Below are positions 1-11,319 of a stretch of 64,000 nucleotides of DNA, in pieces. The stretch covers positions 372,001-436,000 of the forward strand of contig JALDTO010000192.1 in the NCBI GenBank assembly GCA_023515725.1. Reading direction: 5' to 3'. Positions within the stretch are counted from its first letter, which is position 1. Every line of letters starts with the position of its first letter. The notes under the pieces are model-generated. The model saw only the letters and a list, made by a program, of their open reading frames with translations. It did not search any database and was not told the DNA's origin. This stretch comes from Amoeboaphelidium protococcarum X5. Its lineage: Eukaryota > Fungi > Aphelidiomycota. The position numbers were made by a program, and so were the translations under genes.

Positions 1-1
1 G

Positions 2-859
2 TTGATATTGTAGCAGTTTTACTCGCTGAGTGATAACTAATTCGGTACTTTGTCAGTTGTGCACAGAGTTTGTAAAGCGCAGACACTCATTAAGCCGCTT
101 TAGAATATGCTGGTTTAATTCTTCCAAGAGCGTCTTGACTCTTTATAGTTCTCTAATCTGACTTTGACTCAAGCAGAAGAATGTAAATACCATGCACGAT
201 TAATTGCTGGAATGTATGACTTGCTGAGAATGAATGGCGCAAAGAATTTACTTAGAGACATCCCGAAGTAAATGTCAAGTGAAGTGGTTCCGCTGAAGCA
301 TTTTGTTGGTTTATGCTTTTTAGTTCAGGATTTTATTACCAAGAGTAAGATTTTATACTCTTAGATCCTAAATGCCAATGATGATGCTCAGCTAAAGGCT
401 TTCAAACTGTCTGTATGGATTTCAACTTTGCATTTGAGTCTTGAATAGTACTTTTAAATATCTGACCTATTTTATATCTACTGGAAATAGTGCTAGACTG
501 GGGAACATTTTGACGACGCGTGGAAGTTGTTCGTGTAATTTACTATGGTTGTTCTAGGTACTTGTGCACCGCAATTTACAGGAGATTGGTAGTAATGGTG
601 TGAAGACTTGTCCTTTCAAGATTCCTAGTATCTGCATCAGCTGTTCAAGATTGAGATGGTATAAACGTTGTCTTAAGCGAATCAATAAACACTGCAAGCC
701 TTCATGAGTAGATTAGTCAAGATTTTCAGGTTGGGTAATATTACAAAAGCTGTGAAAGATGACACACGTTTCCTGATATTGCAATTGATGCCGAGTGTGG
801 AAGAGTTTTAATCTATCGTAGATAAAAGAAGTTACCTGTAACTGTTCGATGACTTATGA
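2..859 (+). CDS. 3' part of an uncharacterised, probably alpha-helical protein (5' end outside the window)
   Basis: Frame 2 has no TGA from position 2 to TGA 857-859 and many in-frame TAA/TAG. Leu-rich sequence ending ...RSYLQLFDDL. No family recognised. Confidence 0.75.
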
Positions 860-1216
860 ACACTCTAAAATATATATTGGATAAACTTGAAATTTTACTC
901 CAAAGTGATAATTGGTCTATTTAAATGTCGCTTTTGAATTTATCTCATTGAATTTTAACGCGATCCCATTACATACGCGACTCACATTCCTCAATTGCAG
1001 ATTTCGTTACTAAGAATTTAATTAAATCACCTATATGAAAAACATGTATAAAAATGTTAACATCAACATCAATCTCTGAGATATAAAAATGCGCAACATA
1101 TGAACTCAGTTGATTCACAAATACCATGCATACCCTGATTGTAACACTTTCAACTTGAAACGACGCGCGTGCAATCACTCATTCAACCTTAACCGAAGGG
1201 CGATCGTTCGTTCCAA

Positions 1217-1234
1217 ATTGGCCACTATAAAAGC
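1217..1234 (+). promoter_or_regulatory. ATTGG (reverse CCAAT) plus TATA box CTATAAAAGC upstream of U1 snRNA
   Basis: TATA at 1225-1234, about 30-40 nt before the U1 5' end. The same CTATAAAAGC word precedes three secreted-protein genes. Confidence 0.6.
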
Positions 1235-1264
1235 GGAATGATCATACGCACTAATTTCTTTTCG

Positions 1265-1400
1265 GTACTTACCTTATGGGATGTTCAGGCTCAAGTACCC
1301 TGAACATAGTCAACGTTGTTTTCGCATTGCACACCGCGGATTCAATGTTGGCTGGAATCTTCGGATATCCCTCATTAAATTTTTGTTGCGCTCAGCGCTT
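1265..1400 (+). ncRNA. U1: U1 spliceosomal snRNA
   Basis: 5' ACUUACCU (complement of the 5' splice site); SL1 AUGUUCAGG/CCUGAACAU; SL2 with the U1A-binding loop AUUGCAC; SL3 GGAAUC-UUCG-GAUAUCC; Sm site AAUUUUUG at 1378-1385; small SL4 GCGC-UCA-GCGC. Confidence 0.9.
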
Positions 1401-1545
1401 CTTATTTAATTTAAAACCTTCAAAGCCTGTTAAAAGTCCTAAGTGTGAAATCTCCATCAACGTGACAAAGTACGCGCCTTCAAATTGTTTCAATCCTCCT
1501 CTTGCATCTCTCGCATACTTTTACCATCCACCATCAAATTACGAA

Positions 1546-2115
1546 ATGGCAGAGATATTTTTCACTGGATAAATAGTTAAAGCAACAGACTTTCCGCAAT
1601 CTTCAATAACTGTTAAATACAGAGTCATCACTGGCGATAAAGAGAGTGATGGTAACAGTAATAATAATAACTGGGTGCTGGTTGAAGGTTTGACTTCAGG
1701 TGCGACTCAGATTGACTCGAGCGCTGAAACAACGAATGGTCAGGCCATCTTTGCACAGCCAATAGAACTCCACTACTCTGTGAAAAGTCTTCGAGGATGG
1801 CCCAAGATTATATTTGAAGTCTACCATATTGATGACTAGAATAGAGAGATTCTGTATGGATACGGTGTCTCGCATCTGCCATTGACTCCGGGAATGCATA
1901 ATAGTATTGAATGTCTCATCTGGCGTCCCACAAGTATGTCACTGTATGAAAGACTCTCCTCCTACTTCTGGAACATTTAGTCAAAGCTCCAAGATGTGGA
2001 TACTGCACTCTTGCACCAAGATCGATATAAATTGGTCACTTAATCAATGGGTCGCATACAGATGGAAATGTCTGTGATAACACGCGGCTTTGAAAGATTT
2101 GATCTTCGCATGTGA
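1546..2115 (+). CDS. B9D2: B9 domain-containing protein 2 (MKS ciliary transition-zone module)
   Basis: MAEIFFTGQIVKA...QPIELHYSVKSLRGWPKIIFEV...YGYGVSHLPLTPGMH...WRP...DRYKLVT follows the B9D2 pattern. Needs TAR=Gln; ends TGA. Confidence 0.88.
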
Positions 2116-2226
2116 TATAACATTATTTTATTTTGAAAGATATTGTTAGAATAACTCAATTAACATTGTGGCGAGTATTTAAATGTTTTTAGTCATCTTG
2201 ACACAAAATTCTATTGTTGGTATCAT

Positions 2227-3618
2227 TCAATTACAACCGGGACAAGTGAAGAGCTTCTCATGCACAAATATTTCACATTATAGACAGAACTTTTACTTAC
2301 ACCGCGTACACTCAAACACTTTCATTTCCAGGCGTAAATCTTAATCCGTAATGTCGTTACTACTTGGTATAGAAGAGTCGCCAATCTTGGATTCCTCTTT
2401 AATCACCTGCTTCGTATTGCTCTTCAACTTAATCTTAATCTTCACAGTTCCCGATTGCCCAGTGGAAGTGGGAGGCTTAACTTCCGGACGGATATCCACC
2501 AGATTCACCAAAGTTGAACACCCGAAGCAGTGTACAGACATCTAGCCTCTCGCATGCAACTCCACTCCCACATCTCGGTACAATGCAACTGGACGTAAAT
2601 GGTGATAACTTCTAGCCAAATGCGGCGCAGAGATTAACTTGAGACCGCATATAACACAATCAGTCGGAATAGTACACAGTTTAGACTTGCATTACGGACA
2701 CTGATAGCCTTCATTCGATGGTTAATGATGATCTGCACACAGCGATGGATATGAGATACGCGTGGGGAAACCCATCTTGAGTTGTGACGTGGGAATCTGC
2801 TCTGACAGAGGCGGTGGGATAAGATGTTCGTTCAAACAGTCCACTAGATGATCTTCATCCAATGCCACTCTATAAGTACCACCTGCCTATTTACATATTC
2901 GCTTACACACATGAACTTCTGCAGATAGGTTAACTGAGCTGATGCGCACATTAGATTGAGTTAGCTAGTTAGAAACAGTCCAAATATCACCTGGATCCAC
3001 AGTACATATAGACGCCATTAATATGAGTAACTCACGTGAAGAGTGCAGAGATGCGGTAGGAGCAGACGTATTACCTGACATAGAAGACTGTGCTGTTGGT
3101 GTTGAAGTGACAGTGTTCAACAGAGTCTGCGCCATGATCAATCCATTTTATACACTAGGCGTACCTTTGAACTGCTCCGATTGATTCAACTCATTCAAAA
3201 CTCTAATATGATCTTACGGATTTCCAGATAGATCAAGTAGTTTATAAGCGACTCCATCCCGCATACCAATTATACCAATGCGACCCACTGGATTAGAGTC
3301 AAAAAACTCTTGGATCCACCGTTTAAGGCAGCGAATAGCACAGTCATGCAACGAAGGTTTGAAAATATCATTTCGCTCCAGCATGGCACTCGATAAATCT
3401 AGCAGTAGATACAGTTAACGAATTATGCCACGAACAATAGACTTTTAGCTAGTGTTATTCCCACCAGTGCTCTAATCATATTATCTGTATAGTCCAACCG
3501 CATGGCGATGCTTAGAATTAGATGCGTTCGGATCGACAATCAGATTGCCAGATGTGTCTTCAATCAGGTGGTCCCACGTACGCGTCAACTTTTCCCACTA
3601 ATACTCTCCTTCATCCAT
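2227..3618 (-). CDS. SSL1: TFIIH p44 subunit (Ssl1/GTF2H2)
   Basis: N-terminal YQWEKLTRTWD, vWA region, CGLKLISAPHLARSYHHLRPV, C-terminal zinc finger ending VHEKLFTCPGCN then TGA. Confidence 0.93.
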
Positions 3619-3758
3619 AATTTCTAAGTTAATAAAATAAATTGATAAAGATAATATACGAATACTCTCCTAAATAGTTATCGAAGCAAAAAATCAGATT
3701 AATCAGCGAAAGATTGTTTTATCGCCAAGAACCAAGAGAGAGAAAATCGATAGAAAAT

Positions 3759-4466
3759 ATGACACATTGTAGAAATGAGAGTGTGGATATGGATCTGAAT
3801 TAGCATTGGAAAAAGAATTTGAAAGCCATGAAGAAGAAGCAGAAGAGTTATAATAGTAGTAGTAATAATCATTCAGGTGGATAGAGTGGTAGGCGTGGGA
3901 GAGGAGGTGGTAGATATAATCAGCGCGGTCGCGGTAGAGGTGGATCGGCGCGTTATAATGGCCGCAGTAGATCAGATTATGCAGATTATAACAATACTAA
4001 TGATCATCACATTGTTTAGGCATCAACCACTACCGACGATGGTCGATTAAATGTTTACGCGCTTGCAAAGTATCTGCGACATGCTGAATTGAAAGCTCAT
4101 GAAGAGAGACTTGATAAATTGGAGCAGGAAGCGTAGGAGAGTGGCGATTAGGCTGAGTCGTTATAAGATAGCAGAAACACTAAAGTGGTGCCGTCAGATA
4201 GAAATGCCCGTCCTAATAGGCAGCGATGGGACAAGGGAACTAAAGAAGAGCAGTAGAGGAGGAGGAAAGTATGGCTGATGCACAGACTTAATACCAGCTT
4301 AGCGATCACTGTCACAATCTGCCTACTTTCATTCGTAATGTACTCTTACAGTCGTCTGATTAGTTCTAACAAGAGTTCCTATTAATGGCCTGGATTTTCT
4401 TTGTTTAAACAAGGAGCTGCGGCTGCTGCCAAATATGCGCGAAAAATGAAGAGATAATCGTATTGA
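3759..4466 (+). CDS. Hypothetical protein with an RGG-rich N-terminus, a short coiled coil and one hydrophobic (TM-like) helix near the C-terminus
   Basis: TGA-free frame with GRRGRGGGRYNQRGRGRGG and LAITVTICLLSFVMY. Alternative in-frame ATGs at 3789 and 3828. Confidence 0.65.
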
Positions 4467-4564
4467 CTATATTAAGGATAGACTGGATAAGCTGTATTAC
4501 ATACATAAATGTTATAGATAGACAGATAGATAAGTTTAAATATATTATTTGATTTCTAAATTAT

Positions 4565-6586
4565 TCATTTCTTGTTGCTTGAACTCAATGACACCAAAAG
4601 GCCTTCAATGATACGCAGATGGACCTTCTTCATGACGCCAAAATCAAGCTCAATAGTGCGCGGTCCGCCATCATCTACATTGCCTGTTGATTATTGCTTA
4701 TTTGATGGACTGCTCACATTTTATTAACCAGCTGATGATGATGACGACGACGATGCATAGGCCGGGAGAGACTTACTAGCTCCGAACTTTTTATTACCAC
4801 CGAGAGTGGCGGACTTCTGCAACTAAGATTTGAGTATTGCAATGGCGGATGACTGCGGCTTGAGAGGATTAAATTCTGCTCCTTTGAATGCAGTAGAGAA
4901 TGTCTAGTCCGCGGGGAGTTTAGACATGTTGCGACTTATCGAGGGCTTTACACTTTTCTGTGGAGGCTGCTACTACTACTTCTTAGAATATTATTATTGT
5001 TATCGCGATGGAGAGAACTACACCTATTTGTGTATAATAGCGGATGGATCAGATACCGAGACATCCACAGTGTTCTTGATAACATCGACCATCTTGGATC
5101 GCGGCTATTGAGTATCTTGTTGGGCAGCAGAAGACGCTGTAAGCTGATCAAACGGCAGAGGAGAATTACGTGGATATCTTCCCTTGGAGCTACGAGGCAA
5201 TGGCTTGACTTTCTTGTCTGGCGTATCTTTACTAATTACAGGCACTCCCGACTACTATACCGCTTGGTCCACATCACGCATAAATACTTCAAGTGACTCT
5301 TGTCTATTAACAGTCTACTACTCGAACATTCTCAACTATTAATCAGCATACAGCTCATCATCAAGCTCTGTGACAAACGACGGACTATCGGGATCTTTGC
5401 TTTAACCAGGATTTTCCTGCAACTTTTAAATCACAGTATTGATTGATAGTGGTTACGACGACTATAGCTGCGGCTACTGCTAATCTACTAGGGACTACTA
5501 TTAATAATCATTAGCTTCGACATGCATGTCATCTGCCAAGGGACTTTAAACGTCTTAATCAATACTTAAATCCTAATACAAATCTGCCAGAAACTTGTGC
5601 AATACATCCTTATCCATCTCATCTGCAATTTCGTCCAAAACATCCAAATCTGCATCTGAATGTATTTATTATTACTATTAATTTTGTTAATCATGAAATT
5701 GTTATTAATTCAAAGTAGCAATGTTATGAGGAGGAACTACCGCATCAGTAGACTCAGAATTAGTGCCATTCTACAAATTCTACTCCTGAATGGTGGGAAT
5801 ACCATCAACGAGCATGAAATTAAAATCAGGAGCAGAGTTGGCCACTTGATATTCTACAATCTTATTCAGAGTCTACCTAACTTCAGAGTCATACCGAGGC
5901 TGTATCCGCTACCGCTTAATCGAACCAAGGAATTACTACATTACATTGCCCAAATCCCTTCGCTCTGGGGGATATTGTGACTACTACTATTGCTGCTACT
6001 ATGTTAACTAAAAATCAGATTATCGCTTTCTTTATATATAGACAGGAGTCTGATGCAGTTACACCTCGGCAGATGGAGATTGAGGAGGATTCTAATATCC
6101 TGCAACAGATGGCTTCCCGCTGTTAGCTCCTCTACCACTATTATTATGCGTCTTCTCATGCTTCTTACAATCCTAACTTCTACTGAATCTCTTTGCACAG
6201 ATGGGGCATTCGTACGGTTTATAATTGACAACATGGACGCGGATATGACTTACGATGTGATCTCTCTTCTCGACAGAGTGTCCACATGGAGACAGATGCA
6301 ACTCTGTTTTCTACTATTATTAGTTCTCTGAATTATGGTTATTATGCATCTAATTCATCGTAGTTATACCTGATGGCTGCAACCAAAAACATTATAGACA
6401 CAGATTACCGCCAGCACGTCTCCCAATGTGGTCATTGTTGATGTGATTAAATAGATCCACTGCCGCATCAAACTGCATGCCACAAGACAATAATTATCCA
6501 TTCTCAGAGTCAATCATCCACATACACACATTATCCTCCAATTACTCATTAACATTAGTATTATCTGCATTATTAGAAGTCTACAT
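4565..6586 (-). CDS. pacC: PacC/Rim101-family pH-response C2H2 zinc-finger transcription factor
   Basis: HINNDHIGRRAGGNLCLQCFW...[41 protein letters not shown] matches the PacC three-finger signature. Long Q/S-rich tail; ends TGA. Confidence 0.85.
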
Positions 6587-6795
6587 CTTTACTGATAATT
6601 ATTAGTTTTGTTGTAAAAGATAGGTAGAGAGACACAAAAAAGAAGAAACTTGTCGTATTTAATTCTTGTTTGAACGAAATTGCCGCTCTGATTGGCCCTT
6701 GAACAATGAAACATCTTCAAGTGGTACAAGTTAAAATAGAATCAATATTATTCACGCTGTTTTCTGAGATTATTATAGTATCATTCTTTATCATC

Positions 6796-9309
6796 TCAAT
6801 TGTCGTTTTCGTTGGGGGTGGCTTAATTCTTGCTGTGATTTTCATAGCGTAGCATTAGAAAGGTAATGTCGTTACAGTCATCGGGAGAGTCTTTGATCAT
6901 GTTCAATAGCGCTTGATCAACAACTTCTTGCTCCATATCCAGAACTTGAGATGGAGTGGCATGAACTTGATTAGCATACAACTTCTTCTCATCAGTGGAT
7001 ACTTTGGCTTTTTTCTGCGGAGGCTCTGCACTGCGATCTTCACTTTGACAATGACATTGCATCAAGTCATGAGTTTCACAAGCAGATTTGCCATTAAAAC
7101 GAAAGATCCTTCTCAAGTCCTCGGTGCTGAAATGATCAGCAGACTGTCCTTAATGCGTATCGTTGTTCATGATCTAGTTGCTGAGGCCGTCTTTCCAGAC
7201 ACCACGTTGAAATATCTTTTCATCAATGCTACCAGTGCTAAGGAGTCGATATATGTATACGCACGGCGCCCTCTAGCCAGATCTCCAAACTCTTGCCATT
7301 GCTTGAGCATCAATGGTTGGATTCCAGTCACAATCAAACATCACCAGTCGAGATGCACCCACAAGATTCAAACCGAAACCACCAGATTTCGCAGATAACA
7401 GAAATAATTTCACCTTACAATCGATATCATTGAAGCGGTCGACAAAGTTCATACGCTTGCTAACGTTAGTACTACCATCCAGTCTGAAAAAATCAACTTT
7501 CATAGACTGGACTAATGATTAAATCACATCCAAAGTTTATGTGTAATGAGACACAATGACAACTTTAGCTTCATTTTAAATTTACCAGATACTTTGTAGT
7601 AACTTCTTGAGCACATTAAGCTTACCCGAGCAATCTGAGGTAAACTACACGCAATCATTAGTCTTGCGGACTCCAGACTACGTTACCTGCTAGATGCTAG
7701 ATTAGACTTCTTCAATTATAGCACGGCCGAATGTTGACTCTTCATAATCATCAAGATCGACGTTCTCGGCTATTGAATTAGTCATGGCTAAATTGTACGC
7801 AATCTCTGGAGAATTAGATATTTGTTTCATCAAGTTGATGGCGTTGAGGTGTTGACCGTCTTGGCAGAATTTCTGAAATTTGCTTTACACTTGCTTGATT
7901 ATTCTCTCGTACAAGCTAATCTGCAGTTGAGACATTTAACAGAAGACAGTAGCCTCAATTTTAGGAGGCAGATTATCAGCATTAACTTCAGCAGTGCGTC
8001 GTAGAATGAACTGGCTGGTCAAAATGAACAATTCCTCTGATCGAGCCTATCCCAAGTCTCGATCCTCTTTCGAGGCAGTCTTGAGTCTACCACGCATAAT
8101 CACATCCTGATACACAGATTTAAATGTCTTCACACTACCAAAACAATTGGGATGTACAATGTCACACATGTTATAAAACTCGGTCAAATCATTCTGAATT
8201 GGTGTACCTGTTAGCAGAACTTTCCGCTTACATTTTAGCGACAATAAAGACTTGGTAGTTTAGATACTAGCAGATTTCAGTCTGGAAGCTTCATCCGCAA
8301 CAATGAGATCGAATTGAACTTTCTTATCCAAATATTGACCAATAGATCGCAGCTTTTCATAACTTGTGATCATCACGGGATAAATTCTCTCACCAATTAC
8401 GAAATCCTTCACCAAGTCTTCAGCTTTAGTCGTCTGCTAATTTCCACCATCGGCAACAAACACTTTAATCCTCTCATCTCCGAGCCACTTTTTGAATTCT
8501 TTCTGCCAATTCTTTACCAAAGTCGCTGGACATACTATGAGAACACGCTTAGCAATCGGCGACTATCCATAGAAAGGTGTTTACTTCAGTAAAGTCCAAA
8601 CAAGACATATAGTCTACAGCGTTTTACCAAGCCCCATCTCATCAGCTAGGATTGCACCTGTCACGCCTTATTTTATTCCCATTACACATTCATACATGAA
8701 TTTCACACCTTCCTTTTGGTAATCTCGTAGATTCTTGGAGAGGACGGGATCAATAACGACATCCACAATTGAGTACTTACCATTACAGGATTATTCAGGT
8801 GGTCTAGCAAGAACCACTGCACCTTCGGCGGATGGATCATGACGCGGTCTTACTGGCTACTACTTTGCAGATGTTGTTTCATCATCTTTCGATGGCTGAA
8901 CTGACTAAAGCTTTACAAATTTAGTGTTTACGAATGGCTTGAAACGCGGTTTATTGACTTCAGACGCGTTGTTTTCAACGGCTCTCGCTGAACCGACGAA
9001 GCATTTCCCAGTCAGGAAATCTTTGGCAGGAATCTCATTCTAAACTTCAATCTCCTTACCGTTCATGGTGATAGGACATCCATCAGAGAACTTGCCAACA
9101 CTAGAAACTCTATTCTTAGCAATTTGGGCACCAGATTCATCATAAAGAGTGCATTAAATTCCATCTTGTACCAGCACTCCATCAAAATCAAATGTCTTGT
9201 TCTTCTTTTTAGTGAACTTTCTCCTACACAAATATCAATTATTCTTCTCTTACTCATACGGACTAAATACATACCACATCACTTGATAATAATAGCATTC
9301 AGTAGACAT
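6796..9309 (-). CDS. RAD54B: Rad54B/Rdh54-like SNF2 DNA translocase (intron 9224-9274)
   Basis: [13 protein letters not shown] (Q=TAG), [47 protein letters not shown]. Rad54B-type N-terminal domain [22 protein letters not shown]...GKEIEV. Confidence 0.88.
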
Positions 9310-9594
9310 AGTTCTCAGGAAGCTGGTTATAAGAGTGCCAGAATTTAGATATCACTCAACGTTGCACTATGGATGAACGATTGCGCAGAGATGAAACAGA
9401 ATTTGGAAGTTTTTGAAACAAATTTGGGAACGCGATTTTATCGATTTCAAGGCGGGCATTTCCTACAAGAAGCTCCAGTCAGTTCACAAACTGAATGTTA
9501 TCGCAATGCGATCACGTGGCGCGTCACAAACACTGCGATTATCTTCACCTTTTTGTTACTCCTCTTATTGATCAATCACACCATATCAGCAATT

Positions 9595-11241
9595 ATGATG
9601 GACTCTGTGGGGTGGATGTCATTGCCGAGAGAGGTTTAATTACGCATACTACAGTATTGTGATATTAGAAAGAAACTTACTCTTGGAACGGTAGGAAATT
9701 ATTATTAAGTTTCAATAGTCTTATCACACCTAAAGCTCATCCATATTTCGTGTGTTTAGATAAATAAATAGTTCCATCAATTGCTGTAAGACGGAGCTGC
9801 TTGGAATGAGTTTTATCTATATCAAGAGTGCCTTCTCAAAGCCTTGAAATATCAGCAATTGCATCGAATAATTCTCAAGTCTAGTGAGTGTTTAATCAGA
9901 GCCGATTTCAGGTAAGTGTGTCGTTTAATCATTTCCAGTTCCGAAACGAGTTTGACTGAAACAACGCCGTTTGGTATAAAATGTAGGGGCTCTTCTGCTG
10001 TGAGAATTTCAACTATATTTCATCTGTTTGAATATTGTCCCAATATAAGATGGTTAAATTTACGGGGATGTAAAGAGCTATCTAAAGAGTTGCACATGAT
10101 GCGGTATAACTAGATTATCACCACATGGAACCATAGATTAAGCTGGCTTGATCTTGGGTACATACGCGACATCAGTCTGCTGCGGTATTTTCTAAGCTCT
10201 TGCAATGGAACTCTGCAATATGTAGACATATCTGGAAATATATTGACCACGACGATAATTGATTTAATCAGCAAGCACCAGTACTTGAGGACATTAATAA
10301 TGGATGAGTGTGACATACTGGGAGGCGTGTAAACGCCATTGATGACTCCGTGTTTGACTTGTCTAAGTGCTAATGGATGCCCGACTATGAATTTGTCGTT
10401 GCTTAGCAGTTGCTTTAAGCTCTCTTGCGTTTATCTTTATAATTGTTAGCTTTCTAGTAAAATTGAACAATTGAAATATTTGGCAGCTCTGAGTGAAATC
10501 AAGACTCTGAGTTTGGCAGATAATGATTTGAACGATGAACACGTTATAACAATTACGAGCTAAATGCACTATTTACAAAATCTTGATCTAGAAGATAATA
10601 ATGTTACGGATGGTTTTCTGAAGGATATTAGATTTCTTGGTTATAGTAAATCACTGGAGACGTTATGCTTATCATCGTGTGCTCAAGTATCCAATTAGGG
10701 GGTGATTTGCTTGTTAAAGTCGTGTCGGAAGTTGCGCTCATTGGAGTTGAATAACTGTCAATCTATAACTAATGTTCTTTTAGTTTCAATACTTTAGTAT
10801 ACTGCTGAATCTGCTTAAAAGTCATACACGCAATATGATCTTGTAATCCCTCCGTTACTGTAAACCATCGATCTAACTGATATTGTCGACTTGTCTGCCA
10901 ATTTAATCAGTGCTGTTGTAAATAGTGTTAATCGTTATAGAGTTAGATTGATTGATCAAGATGATACTGATGAATGCTTTATTTCCGAGTTGAGTTTGAA
11001 TAATAACAGGTGCAGTTTAAAGTTCTTGGTAGAATCCATGTCTGATGACACGTTGATCAGGTACCGAGTGAATTCTGCCACTTCTGATATCACATTGGCA
11101 GATGACCATGATAATAAAGATAACGCTACGCCCAATCTTATCCCATTCTGTATCAAGAGTAAATGGGACTGCTTCGTAGAGCGTGAGTAAGTCGACTAAA
11201 AAGAACTTGAAAAGATTCGCAACAAATGTATAATTTTATGA
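9595..11241 (+). CDS. F-box/LRR protein with C-terminal CaaX (FBXL2/20-like); probable introns 9691-9759 and 9912-9986
   Basis: F-box SLPREVQLRILQY; cysteine-containing LRRs such as CPNIRWLNLRGCKEL; ends RNKCIIL then TGA. Confidence 0.8.
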
Positions 11242-11319
11242 GTATGATTGAGAAATTAAATAAATGGCTTTGCAAGTTGTATTTGCTCTATTGAAAATTT
11301 ATATAATTTCAGGATCTAA

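Noticed and set aside
1276-1572. ORF-track 98-aa ORF, and an apparent minus-strand GTAAGT intron near 1270
   Set aside because: Explained by the U1 snRNA (its 5' end is complementary to splice donors) and the start of B9D2.
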